From Histomonas meleagridis 2922-C6/04-290x (lineage: Eukaryota; Protista; Parabasalia): a stretch of 64,000 bases of DNA. How positions within the stretch are numbered: position 1 is the stretch's first letter; the number at the start of each line of letters is the position of its first letter. Positions 12,115-26,033 of the stretch are shown here, piece after piece. The notes beneath the pieces were generated by a model. It did no database searches, was not told the DNA's origin, and saw only the letters and a program-made list of their open reading frames with translations. The stretch is from NCBI GenBank assembly GCA_020184695.1, contig JAANOX010000280.1:682001-746000 (forward strand), read 5' to 3'. The translations under genes and the position numbers were made by a program.

Positions 12115-13570
12115 TTACCATTCGCTATATACCTTACGCTGGTAATCAAACAAAACGTCTTGCGCTTTTTTCGCTAACTCTTCCGATTCGCTTTCACAAA
12201 GTTCTTCGAGCGATGACTTAAAGTCGTTTTCCTCAAGCATAGGTATGATGGTATCAGGACTCAACGTGTATAAATCGAATAACGTGTCACACAAAAACAC
12301 AAGAAAGTCAATGTCGTCGCAATCAAGCATATTACAAAACAAAAAAATCAAATCTTTTGTTGCATATGTTTCCCTAAACCATGGATCAGACGTCCTTAAA
12401 AGGCTTCCGAATATAAAGCATATATGTTTTGCATTAAAAAAACTTGTTTTGTTACATATTTCTAATAATGATTCAAATACATGATTACGTAAAAAAAATT
12501 TCCAAAACTCATTTCCAAGCATATCTAAAGTTGACAAAATAAATTCTAGCTCGGTTGGAGTGGAAATCATGATGTTTTCTGCTGTTTTTGTAAAGAAGAT
12601 TTTGTTTGTTGAGATTTTTTTGTATGAAAAACAGTTTTTATCGCAAAACGAAATTATGTTGTAAACTATTGAATATATTAACGGTATAAACTCGAGTTGG
12701 GGAAAAACACTAAGAGCAGCAACGATTTTGTTTTCGAGTCCAAGAGAAAGGGCAATACGAATGAGAGTGTCATCACATGAAATTGACTGTAGTGCTTTGA
12801 ATGCACTTTTTAGAAATTGGGCGATTTCTATCAATCCATTTGAAGCAAGAATTAACACTATGTACTATAAATTCTTCTGGAATAAACGATTTGAGTTCAT
12901 TGTCGTTGCATGCTAAAATAATAATGTTCCTAATAAAAATAAATGATTCATTTGCAACTAATCCTGGTCCATTCTCAGCTGAATCCAAAATACCTTGAAC
13001 AACTTGTGCATTGTTGGGGTTAAACAAGTTAAAACATGCGCTTTTTGATTTTGTAGATAGAATAGAAACTGCTCGAATTGCTTCTTTTTTAATTGTCTCA
13101 TGACATTCATGAGAAACAATAAAATTAAATAAGAGGCTTACAGTTTCGTCAATTTGTTGTGTGGGTGGGAAACGATAAATATGTTGAATAATTAAAATAG
13201 AGTTCAATATTAAATGTTCTTGAATTTGATTGAGCAAACACCATGCACAAAAATCTAAAACATGATTTCCAATAATTATTTGAGGGGTTTGTGGTTCATT
13301 AAAAGCATTTTTTAAAGAATCATAATATGAGAAATGATATCGAGGGTTTCAAAATTAAAAGCGAGTTCGTTTCCATTCTGAAATTGATTAAAAGCATTAT
13401 TGATTTCATTAATTGCGCTTTCAAGATATTCTTTGCAAGATTTATCATTTTCGTTTTTTTCCCTAGCGTCAATGGTTACGCTTGAATTGACATCATTTTC
13501 AGCCGATTCAAATATTTTTTCTGATAGTTGCTGGTGAAATGAAGAAAATGAGTCCTTGTACCTCTCCAAA
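12115..13570 (-). pseudogene. ARM-repeat gene, disrupted (copy 2)
   Basis: ORFs 13312-13581, 12773-13237 and 12115-12858. Confidence 0.6.
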
Positions 13571-14484
13571 ACTGTTCTCAAAAGTGAAAAAATTTCAATG
13601 TAATGAATACTTTATCATCCGTTCAAAATTTTATATGAGGTCTATAATTTCAAAATTTGAACCACCTGTTTTTGTGTTGTGATTTTCCGGTGCAAAAAAA
13701 TAAATGCTGTTTCAAATAATTTAAATAATTTCCAAATATTATAATATTAAAATATAAAATTATTTAAATAAATATTAAATGAAACGAATAAATAGTTTTA
13801 GCATTAATAGAGATACTTCAACTCCCAAAAAACATATTTTTTGTCTTCTTTTTTCATTACATTTGTAAGCATTCCACGAATTATATAATAATTTATATTT
13901 TAAATTATTCATGACAGCAATTATGAAAGCATATTCAAAAGTTAATACAGAAATAGATAAGTTCCTTCTTGAACAAGAAGGAATTGATATTAATGCTAAA
14001 GATATTTTTTTTTGTTTTATTTAAAATTTATATAAATAATTTTATATTTCAAAATAATATTTGGAAATTTTTTAAATTATTTAATACAGCATTTATGATA
14101 GCATCTAAAAATAATTAATTATTAAAATTATAATTAATTAAAAATTTAAATTTTCATGAAAATATAGTTAAATTACTTCAAGATTATGAAAAATAAGGTA
14201 ATAATACCAAAAACAATTAGGAATATTCATATATAAATATCATAATATCATAGAAAACTTACGTTTTTGAAGCAATAAAAAAATAAACTGCTATAAATTT
14301 TTTTAGTTTTTTTGTTTTTAAAACAATGTAATAAATTTTACTTACAGAGGTATTATAACCCATTTTTATTATTATAAATGAATTATTCATGCATGAAATG
14401 TTCAAGAAGTGTTTTCTAATTCTTAAATTTACCAAAAGTTATCTCCAAAAGAATCATTTGATCAGATGGAAGGTGAAAACCATA

Positions 14485-15009
14485 TTAAAAAACATTTAAA
14501 ATACGATTTTTATATTCATTTCCTTCAGGTAACATTGAAAATTCGCTCAGGTCAATAAGTGGATTTGAAACAATATTTCTTTCTTCATTCATTTGTTGCA
14601 TTCTTTGCTGTGAATATTCAACAGCTTCGCGGATTGATTCACTTATCTTTTGTTCACGTTGCTCGATTTCTTCCATTTCTTTTTGTGCATTGGTTCTTCT
14701 AATTGCTTTCATTTCTTCCCTCTTAGCTTCCATTTCCTTTATCTTTGCTTTGAGTTCAACAACTCTTCTCTTTACTTTTAAAAATCCAATTCGCCTTCCA
14801 CTTAATGTTCTACATGAATCTTTATTTGGTGGAAACCTTCTTGATCTCCTTTCACCTTCTTGTCTCATAGCTCTACCGAATCCTCCTTTACCACCTTTTA
14901 GTCTTAGATTAATATGGAAAATTGATTGACTTCCAGAAACCCATTAATCATCTGATGAAAGGCCCAATTTACTTTCAGCGAAATATTTCACAGAAAGTTC
15001 TTGATTGAT
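14485..15009 (-). pseudogene. SDE2: SDE2-like (copy 2)
   Basis: Same signature and same TAA as copy 1. Confidence 0.8.
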
Positions 15010-16206
15010 AATATAACAGTTGGTGATTTTAACACAGCAATAAAATTATTTAAAGGACTATTTAAAAAAAGCATGACGAAAATTATTTGGACTATGGGTG
15101 TTCACATATTCTTATTCTTGTAAAGCGCAGGATTTTTCAATCAAAATTTTTTTATATTGAACTCTATCGTAAACTTGTTTCTAAAATACATTTATGGTTA
15201 CATGTTTAGTCAAACTCTTGAGAAAAGCTTTTTTCAAAAAAATATCAATAAATATAATATAAATGATGAATCTCTTCGTTTTTGCATTTATTTTTAAATA
15301 ACCTTTCTGAATTCAAAAAAACATTTTACTAAAAGGAAAGAAGAATTTTTTTGAGCTTATTCGCATGACATGGATCATATTCCATTTTTCCAATATATAT
15401 ACCAAAAATTTCATTTAAAAATCATATCAAAAGATTAGAATTGCTAAGAGCATAGCTGCTGGTGACAAAATTAAAATTGCCGAACTATTCGGCTTAAAAC
15501 TTGTTTAAAAGAAAACTTCGGTGAACTATTGTCATATATAAATGTGGCTGTGTACACAGCGGATGATTTACGAAGGCTAATTTGCCGATTTTTTATTAAT
15601 AAAAAGAATAACTGCTGAAAATTATAAAAAAATGTTTCTTAACCCTGAGCATGCAGTGCAGTAGCAGCACGAAAAGGCTCATTGGTTTGTTTGAGGTATT
15701 GTATAGAACATTTAAATTTAAACATTGATGATTGTGCTATAAGTGATGGTTTGGATAGGAATTCTATTACATTTCCAATATTACATACAGATTTAACAAT
15801 GACAAAGCACCTTCTGGAAAAAGGTGAACATATTTACGTATGGTATGAAAGCTATTTTTATTAAATATTATATATATAATTTTATGAAATTTTCTTTTGT
15901 GATAAAACTTTTTTTGTAAAGTAAAATATTAAATCAATTTGCTTTTTTTCTTCAATTAAACATATAAAGAATTTTGTTTTAAATTTATTGTTTCATAAGC
16001 AATTTGAGCAATTATATACAATATTTTTCATTGATCTGTATTTAAATGATGTGTCGAATTTTTTTGTAGTAATCAAACAAAGTGTAATTTTACTGATAAA
16101 AATAGTAAAATAAAATTTTTTTGTTGTTATGCAAAATATTGATAAATGTTCCACAAATTTCCAAATATTTGATGAAAAAATAAATACAATTGAAATTAGC
16201 TTTTTT

Positions 16207-16630
16207 TTATTTATAGTCATCGTATGTAATTTCAACGACTAGCTTAATTAAATCAGTTGGTTTATCCTTTATAAGCATCAAAGCATCTTCAACCTTTTCA
16301 ATTTCATGAAAGCGATGAGTTATAAATTTTGTTGGAGTAATTTCTCCATTTCTAACGCTATTCACAAAAGTTAAAGCACTATGAATGTGCTTATAGCTCA
16401 TTCCAACGCCCCACTCAAGACGTGGAATCTTAACATTGTTTCCTTTGCCAAGATATTTAACAGTTCCAATTACTCATCCAATTTTAACCATTTTAGCAGC
16501 TTCAGCAAATTGATCACAATTACTACCAGCAATGATAACCTTTACAATCTATTACCATTGGTGAGCTTAAGAACTTGGTCAACAATATTATCATTATTAG
16601 AATTAATAATATCAGAAGTGCAACAGTGCA
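16207..16630 (-). pseudogene. ADH fragment (copy 2)
   Basis: Essentially identical to copy 1. Confidence 0.85.
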
Positions 16631-17251
16631 TATTGATATTAAAAAAAATTGAATTTAAAAAAAATTTAAAGATATGAACATTATTTAATTCTGGAACAAT
16701 AAAATATTCCTGATTGTATAAAGAGATAATTAAATTTTCTCAACAAAAAGATTTAAGTTATCTATAAAGAGATAATTTCATAAATTTTAAAAAAAATTTA
16801 TGTAATTCCATTTATTTATGTTATAGAAATGATATTGACTGCTGTTATTGTTATAAGAATTTAAAAACAAAAATGATATTTAAAACAAAAACAATATTAG
16901 CAAAGAAAAAATAAATAATTTTGTTGCAACACTAATTTCCAAGATTGATAAATAGCTCGATCCTCATTAACCAAAAATACGTATGTCGAACTCACCATTG
17001 GCAAATTATAACAGTGATATTCAACAGAAACAGGGTATATAAAATTTATATCATTGATTTTTTTTTCTTAACCCACACAAAGCTTATATTAATAATTTTT
17101 AAAAAGATTTAAGTAATACTTCCCTTTAATTATGTTTTAGAGAACTCTTCATTTTATTTTAAAGGTTTCATTACATCAATTTGATGATATTATTTACTGT
17201 TGTTGTCTTTTTCTTCTTCTTTGATATCTAAAAAAATATTATGAATGATTA

Positions 17252-18566
17252 TTAAAATAAAATTAAGAATAACAAAGAAATAATACTTGCACCAAAAGCA
17301 AGTGTAACAGTTTTTTTGAACCAGATCTTAATGGAAATGAATTTGATGTAATATTTGAGTTCGTGATTGAATTAGAATATATATTAGAATTCGTGATTGA
17401 ATTAGAATATATATTTGAATTCGTATATGATACAGAAGATGTATTTGCTGTTGTAAACACATTCGATTGTGTAAAAGAGTTTGATTGTGTAAATGTATGT
17501 GTTGGCCATGGATTGCAATTTTTCGATTGTTGTTCCTTTTGATACATTAAATTTCCCAAATTTTGTTGAATTATATGAATCCAATGTCATCACACATTTG
17601 ACAGGACAATTATCAAATGCATTATCAATAACTTTAGGTTCTGAGTGGCCATAATAATAAAGACAAGTTAAAGATTTACAATTGTAAAATGCTTTTGTCT
17701 CAATTGAAACCACATTTTCACCTATAATAACAACTGATAAATTAAAACAACTATCAAAAGTAGATGCATTGATAATAGTTAATGAACTTGGTAATTCGAT
17801 ATTTTTAAGAGAAAAACAATATTGAAATGCTCCATAACCAATTTCCGTTAATTTATTTCCAAAAATTACATTTGATAATTTAGTGCATTGCAAGAAACAA
17901 AGGAATTTAATTGTAGAAAGTGAATTTGGTAATTTAATTCTTTCAAGCGAAAAACAATAAGCAAATGAAAAATCCCAAATTTCGGTCAATTTTTCATTAA
18001 AAACAACCTCTGATAAATCATTGCAAGAATGAAATGCAGAATTATTAATTATAGTTAAATTTTCTCCCAAAAAAAATGCGTGAAAGTTTATCACAATAAG
18101 AAAATGCAAACGAACCAATAATAGTTACAGAATTTGATAAATTAATACTTTTTTTAGTGATGAACATTGATAAAATGATTTCCAACTGATTTCAATTAAA
18201 TTTTCATTAAAAAAATAACTTTGGATAATTTAGTACATTCATAAAATCCATAATCTGAAATTGTGGTAACATTTTCACCAAAAGTAACATTTGATAAATT
18301 TTTGCAACTATCAAATGCTTGCTTGCCAATCACAGTTACTGAGTTACCAATTTTAACAGATGCTAGATTACTCCAATCTTTAAATGCATAATTTGGTATT
18401 TTCGTAATTTCACCCTCTATAATTAAAAATAAAGTTTCTTCTTCATATTTTTTTGCACTTTCAAAATCTACTTGTGTTTTTAATGTAAGTGTTTTTGTTT
18501 TATTATAAAATCTCTCACATGCTTGAATTGTAAAAGTATATAAAACATAAAAGAAATCATTCTCAT
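17252..18566 (-). CDS. BspA-like TpLRR surface protein (copy 2; homopolymer frameshifts)
   Basis: ORFs 18196-18621, 17402-18118 and 17263-17559 tile the paralog. Confidence 0.75.
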
Positions 18567-19293
18567 TAGTATGAAAAATAAAATAACAATGGTCATTACT
18601 TGTGTATGAAAAACGAGACACAAAACTAAATTAAATATTACAAGACATTGTCTAAATATTAGTTTTTGAAGACCTTATTGCACATATGTGAACGAAAGCC
18701 ACTTTTACACAACCCAATCGACAAAAAGTTATTATTATTTTATATATAATGTGTCCTATTCTCTAAACGGTCGTTTGAAATTAGATCAAACAAATTTATC
18801 TCTTAATCTTATTCTCATAATTCGATATAAGTATTTGACAGAGATTAAGAATAATAGCAAAGGATATTTTTAAATCTTTATATAACAAAAACTCTTATAT
18901 AGAGATTTGACACTTAAAATTAAAAAATATATATCTTCCTATAAAATTGGTTTATAAACAAATTTTTTGTGTTTTATATATTATTTATTTCCAATATATA
19001 TTATTTAAATCGAATGTTTAGCAAAATTAACAATGTAATGGATTTGTAAATAAGAATTTGTAAAAATAGATCAAAAAAAGAATAATGTTAATATAAATCG
19101 TTTGTTAGTAAATATTATTAATGGTTATTCTATTGATGATTATGCTTTGAAAAATCATACTCATAATATTATTAATAATGATTTAACTATTAATGGTAGT
19201 CTTGTAACAAATCGTATTAACGGATATTATATAAAATGCGGCAAAACGATAAAAATGTATAATTTTCTCATATATCTCTCGTTACATATATAA

Positions 19294-20331
19294 TTAGTGG
19301 CCAGTCTCCATGCGCTCCCAAAGCAAATCGAAAATATGTTTTATTGACAAATTTAGAATAATTTTTTTTTCAAAATTATATTATCAGATATCAGATATAT
19401 AAAAACTTGAAAAAGCCAAAATTTATTATTAATAAAAAGACCCTCTTTCACAGCATATTGTTTTCAACACATTCATGGATGAAAATAAAATCAAAAATGT
19501 TTATTGAAGTCAAATTTGGTAAATTGACCAAGATTCACTTATTGTATCAGGGCTATTGTGTTCTCAAGCATTGCATTGAGAAGAATTTTCATATGTTTCG
19601 AAATTGTTTTGTTTCATCCATCCTGATGAGTTATGGGATGACATGTGGTATGAAATGTCACCAATCTGTGTTATTTGAACCAAGTTAGTCGTTGCTTTAG
19701 CTATACGAAACAATGAAAGCTTGGTGCCTGCAAATATAACTGAGGCCATCACTGAGATCATAGTCTGAATCAAGAACAATGATATTAACAGCATCTGATT
19801 AAATATCTGCCCATGTCTTTATGGAATAAGGCAGTATATGCCATGGCGTTTCATCACCGTTTATGATTCGATCAGCTGGTTTAGTTTCGATCAGGTTTCT
19901 CACGGTTTTCATCCAAACATCAAATCAACATTTCTGCTGCTACCCCCGTTACGTTTCTTAAGCTCAGATACCAAGTCTGGACTGAACAACACATCTGGGA
20001 TGCAAGACTAATAAAGTATTGATTTCGTAATAGTATATCTTGTTGAATAAAAATTCGTCTTGATAAAATCTTACAGTGATTTTTCTTTATAATCCGTGAA
20101 GACTTTTATGATAAAGCTGTATGAACAGACACAACATATGGTATCATTCCTTATCCATTTCCCAATTGTGATACTATCCACAGATTCAGGAATGTTATAC
20201 TGTTTTGATAATCGAAGAATTGTTCCTCTGGTTTTGTTGGGAAAATGTTCAAAAATCTTACTACATAATTCTTTGTGCCTATAATAATCCCTGTGTAGAG
20301 ACTTGGAAAATAGAATCTTTTGGGGTTTCAA
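19294..20331 (-). mobile_element. Decayed pogo-like transposase (copy 3)
   Basis: Near-identical to 373-1416; sequence is noisy around 19900-20500. Confidence 0.75.
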
Positions 20332-20779
20332 CTTGACGCTGAAGATTTTCTAAATCGATATAATGTATTCAAATTTTTACCATAGAACTCGCGATGCTAG
20401 CATTAATATTAATTCCTTCTTAGGACCTAGGGTAAGAAGTTCGAAATTAAATATTTCCTTCCAATAGATAAAAATGGGATTAGAGATGAATAGTATTAGA
20501 CTATGAATAGTCAAGAAAATCTGTGCACTCAAAAAGTGTATTTATGGTCATGCTCATCGAAGAATATTCATTGTATACATGATTGTAACTTTATTAAGCC
20601 ATTTATAAAGATCCTTGAAAAATATTCATATTCAAGTACCAAAAGTATCTCAATAAAATGTAATGTAACACACCATCAAATAATATTAAAAGTTTTTAAA
20701 GATGATATATTTTTCAGAAAACATGTTCGAAAGCGGATCCCATATGAATTAACGGTTAAAATTGGAAATCTCTTTAGGC

Positions 20780-21260
20780 TTAATGAAAATCAATTCTATT
20801 TTTGTATGATTATTTCTAGACTCATACATAAGTGCTGTTATAAACAATTTAAATAATTTTCAAATATTATTTTGAAATCCAAAATTATTAAAATAAATCC
20901 CAAATAAAACAAATAAATATCTTTAGCATTAATATCAATTCCTTCTTGCTCAAGAAGTAATTTAACGATTTCTGTATGACCATTTGAAGATGCTTTCATA
21001 AGTGCTGTTCCAGAAAATTTCAAAAATTTAAAAATATTCTTTTAAAATTTCAAATAAAACAAATAAATATCTTTAGCATTAATATCAATTCCTTTTTGTT
21101 CAAGAAGTAATTGAACTATATATGTGTAACCTCTTTGAGATGCACGCATTAGTGCTGTTTCAAATAATTTAAATCATTTTCAAATTGTATTTTAAAATTT
21201 GAAATTATTCAAGTAATTCTCAAATATAACAAATGAATATCTTTAGCATTAATGCTAAAG
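20780..21260 (-). pseudogene. Interrupted ankyrin array (copy 3)
   Basis: Same as 1880-2360. Confidence 0.85.
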
Positions 21261-21531
21261 CATTGCGTTCTTTTTTGAAAATATCTATTGCATAAAATTA
21301 ATTATAAATTTTTGCGATCCTAAAATTCAATACAATCTTTCAACATAAATTAACAGAGTGAAACATATAAAAACTATTCTTCATTTTTTTTATATATCTT
21401 CACGTCAAACAAACGTTCCAAATCAATGTTTCTTATAACTTTATTAACAAATCATCAAATGTTAAAAATTTTATTATATTTTATTTCTCTCGAAACTTAA
21501 CAATTATAACAATGATTCGCATACGTGCAAC

Positions 21532-22250
21532 TTACCATTCGCTATATACCTTACGCTGGTAATCAAACAAAACGTCTTGCGCTCGCTAACTCTTCCGATT
21601 CGCTTTCACAAAGTTCTTCGAGCGATGACTTAAAGTCGTTTTCCTCAAGCATAGGTATGATGGTATCAGGACTCAACGTGTATAAATCGAATAACGTGTC
21701 ACACAAAAACACAAGAAAGTCAATGTCGTCGCAATCAAGCATATTACAAAACAAAAAAATCAAATCTTTTGTTGCATATGTTTCCCTAAACCATGGATCA
21801 GACGTCCTTAAAAAGGCTTCCGAATATAGAGCAAATATGTTTTGTATTAAAAAAACTTGTTTTGTTACATATTTCTAATAATGATTCAAATACATGATTA
21901 CGTATTTCCAAAACTCATTTCCAAGCATATCTAAAGTTGACAAAAATAAATTCTAGCTCGGTTGGGTGGAAATCATGATGTTTTCTGCTGTTTTTGTAAA
22001 GAAGATTTTGTTTGTTGAGATTTTTTTGTATGAAAAACAGTTTTTATCGCAAAACGAAATTAAATAGAGTTCAATATTAAATGTTCTTGAATTTGATTGA
22101 GCAAACACCATGCACAAAAATCTAAAACATGATTTCCAATAATTATTTGAGGGTTTTGTGGTTCATTAAAAGCATTTTTTAAAGAATCATAATATGAGAA
22201 ATGATATCGAGGGTTTCAAAATTAAAAGCGAGTTCCTTGTACCTCTCCAA
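21532..22250 (-). pseudogene. ARM-repeat gene with two internal deletions (copy 3)
   Basis: Missing ~540 bp at ~22062 and ~190 bp at ~22236 relative to copy 2. Confidence 0.7.
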
Positions 22251-23155
22251 AACTGTTCTCAAAAGTGAAAAAATTTCAATGTAATGAATACTTTATCATC
22301 CGTTCAAAATTTTATATGAGGTCTATAATTTCAAAATTTGAACCACCTGTTTTTGTGTTGTGATTTTCCGGTGCAAAAATAAATGCTGTTTCAAATAATT
22401 TAAATAATTTCCAAATATTATAATATTAAAATATAAAATTATTTAAATAAATATTAAATGAAACGAATAAATAGTTTTAGCATTAATAGAGATACTTCAA
22501 CTCCCAAAAACATATTTTTTCTTCTCATTACATTTGTAAAGCATTCCACGAATTATATAATAATTTATATTTTAAATTATTCATGACAGCAATTATGAAA
22601 GCATATTCAAAAGTTAATACAGAAATAGATAAGTTCCTTCTTGAACAAGAAGGAATTGATATTAATGATAAAAAATAAAATTTATTTTAATAATTTTATA
22701 TTTCAAAATAATATTTGTAATTTTTTAAATTATTTAATACAGCATTTATGATAGCATCTAAAAATAATTAATTATTAAAATTATAATTAATTAAAAATTT
22801 AAATTTTCATGAAAATATAGTTAAATTACTTCAAGATTATGAAAAAAATGGTAATAATACCAAAAACCTTTAGGAATATTCATATATAAATATCATAATA
22901 TCAAAGAAAACTTAAGTTTTGAAGCAATAAAAATAAACTGCTATAAATTTTTAGTTTTTTGTTTTAAAACAATGTAATAAATTTTACTTACAGAGGTATT
23001 ATAACCCATTTTTATTATTATAAATGAATTATTCATGCATGAAATGTTCAAGAAGTGTTTTCTAATTCTTAAATTTACCAAAAGTTATCTCCAAAAGAAT
23101 CATTTGATCAGATGGAAGGTGAAAACCATATTAAAAAACATTTAAAATACGATTT

Positions 23156-23645
23156 TTATTCATTTCCTTCAGGTAACATTGAAAATTCGCTCAGGTCAAT
23201 AAGTGGATTTGAAACAATATTTCTTTCTTCATTCATTTGTTGCATTCTTTGCTGTGAATATTCAACAGCTTCGCGGATTGATTCACTTATCTTTTGTTCA
23301 CGTTGCTCGATTTCTTCCATTTCTTTTTGTGCATTGGTTCTTCTAATTGCTTTCATTTCTTCCCTCTTAGCTTCCATTTCCTTTATCTTTGCTTTGAGTT
23401 CAACAACTCTTCTCTTTACTTTTAAAAATCCAATTCGCCTTCCACTTAATGTTCTACATGAATCTTTATTTGGTGGAAACCTTCTTGATCTCCTTTCACC
23501 TTCTTGTCTCATAGCTCTACCGAATCCTCCTTTACCACCTTTTAGTCTTAGATTAATATGGAAAATTCCAGAAACCCATTAATCATCTGATGAAAGGCCC
23601 AATTTACTTTCAGCGAAATATTTCACAGAAAGTTCTTGATTGATA
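23156..23645 (-). pseudogene. SDE2: SDE2-like (copy 3, with a 9-bp deletion)
   Basis: Same signature; GGAAAATT|CCAGAAAC junction. Confidence 0.8.
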
Positions 23646-24992
23646 ATATAACAGTTGGTGATTTTAACACAGCAATAAAATTATTTAAAGGACTATTTAA
23701 AAAGCATGACGAAAATTATTTGGACTATGGGTGTTCACATATTCTTATTCTTGTAAAGCGCAGGATTTTCAATCAAAATTTTTATATTGAACTCTATCGT
23801 AAACTTGTTTCTAAAATACATTTATGGTTACATGTTTAGTCAAACTCTTGAGAAAAGCTTTTTCAAAAATATCAATAAATATAATATAAATGATGAATCT
23901 CTTCGTTTTGCATTTATTTTAAATAACCTTTCTGAATTCAAAAAACATTTTACTAAAAGGAAAGAAGAATTTTTGAGCTTATTCGCATGACATGGATCAT
24001 ATTCCATTTTCCAATATATTTACCAAAATTGTCATTTAAAATCATATCAAAAAGATTAGAATTGCTAAGAGCATAGCTGCTGGTGACAAAATTAAAATTG
24101 CCGAACTATTCGGCTTAAAACTTGTTCTCGAATATTATGCATCAACACCATTAGCATATGACCATATCGATATGTTTAAATTGTTTCTAAAAGAAAACTT
24201 CGGTGAACTATTGTCATATATAAATGTGGCTGTGTACACAGCGGATGATTTACGAAGGCTAATTTGCCGATTTTTTATTAATAAAAAGAATAACTGCTGA
24301 AAATTATAAAATGTTTCTTAACCCTGAGCATGCAGTGCAGTAGCAGCACGAAAAGGCTCATTGGTTTGTTTGAGGGTATTAGCTATAGAACATTTAAATT
24401 TAAACATTGATGATTGTGCTATAAGTGATGGTTTGGATAGGGAATTCTATTGCATTTCCAATGTACATACAGATTTAACAATGACAAAGCACCTTCTGGA
24501 AAAAGGTGAACATATTTACGTATGGTATGAAAGCTATGTACCTATATATGCTTATAAAGAAGCACTGAAATTCAGAGATAAAAAATTTGTTAAATTCTTG
24601 GTAAAAATATGTGGAAGAACATTTAAACAAAAGGGGTTAAATATTTTGATGATGAAATCATTTTTATTAAATATTATATATATAATTTTATGAAATTTTC
24701 TTTTGTGATAAAACTTTAAAGTAAAATATTAAATCAATTTGCTTTTTCTTCAATTAAACATATAAAGAATTTTGTTTTTAAATTTATTGTTTCATAAGCA
24801 ATTTGAGCAATTATATGCAATATTTTTCATTGATCTGTATTTAAATGATGTGTCAATTTTTGTAGTAATCAAACAAAGTGTAATTTTACTGATAAAAATA
24901 GTAAAATAAAATGTTGTTATGCAAAATATTGATAAATGTTCCACAAATTTCCAAATATTTGATGAAAAATAAATACAATTGAAATTAGCTTT

Positions 24993-25410
24993 TTATTTAT
25001 AGTCATCGTATGTAATTTCAACGACTAGCTTAATTAAATCAGTTGGTTTATCCTTTATAAGCATCAAAGCATCTTCAACCTTTTCAATTTCATGAAAGCG
25101 ATGAGTTATAAATTTTGTTGGAGTAATTTCTCCATTTCTAACGCTATTCACAAAAAGTTAAAGCACTATGAATGTGCTTATAGCTCATTCAACGCCCCAC
25201 TCAAGACGTGGAATCGTAACAGTGTTTCCTTGGCCGAGATAGTTAACAGTTCCAATTACTCAGCCAATTTTAACCATTTTAGCAGCTTCAGCAAATTGAG
25301 CACAATTACTACCAGCAAGGATAACGCTACAATCTATTACCATTGGTGAGCTTAAAAAATTGGTCAACAATATTATCATTATTAGAATTAATAATATCAT
25401 AAGTGCAACA
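24993..25410 (-). pseudogene. ADH fragment (copy 3, diverged)
   Basis: VILAGSNCAQFAEAAKMVKIG*VIGTVNYLGQGNTVTIPRLEWGV. Confidence 0.85.
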
Positions 25411-26033
25411 GTGCATATTGATATTAAAAAAAATTGAATTTAAAAAAAATTTAAAGATATGAACATTATTTAATTCTGGAACAATAAAATATTCCTGATT
25501 GTATAAAGAGATAATTAAATTTTCTCAACAAAAAGATTTAAGTTATCTATAAAAGGAGATAATTTCATAAATTTTAAAAAAAATTTATGTAATTCCATTT
25601 ATTTATGTTATAGAAATGATATTGACTGCTGTTATTGTTATAAGAATTTAAAAACAAAAATGATATTTAAAACAAAAACAATATTAGCAAAGAAAAAATA
25701 AATAATTTTGTTGCAACACTAATTTCCAAGATTGATAAATAGCTCGATCCTCATTAACCAAAAATACGTATGTCGAACTCACCATTGGCAAATTATAACA
25801 GTGATATTCAACAGAAACAGGGTATATAAAATTTATATCATTGATTTTTTTTTCTTAACCCACACAAAGCTTATATTAATAATTTTTAAAAAGATTTAAG
25901 TAATACTTCCCTTTAATTATGTTTTAGAGAACTCTTCATTTTATTTTAAAGGTTTCATTACATCAATTTGATGATATTATTTACTGTTGTTGTCTTTTTC
26001 TTCTTTGATATCTAAAAATATTATGAATGATTA

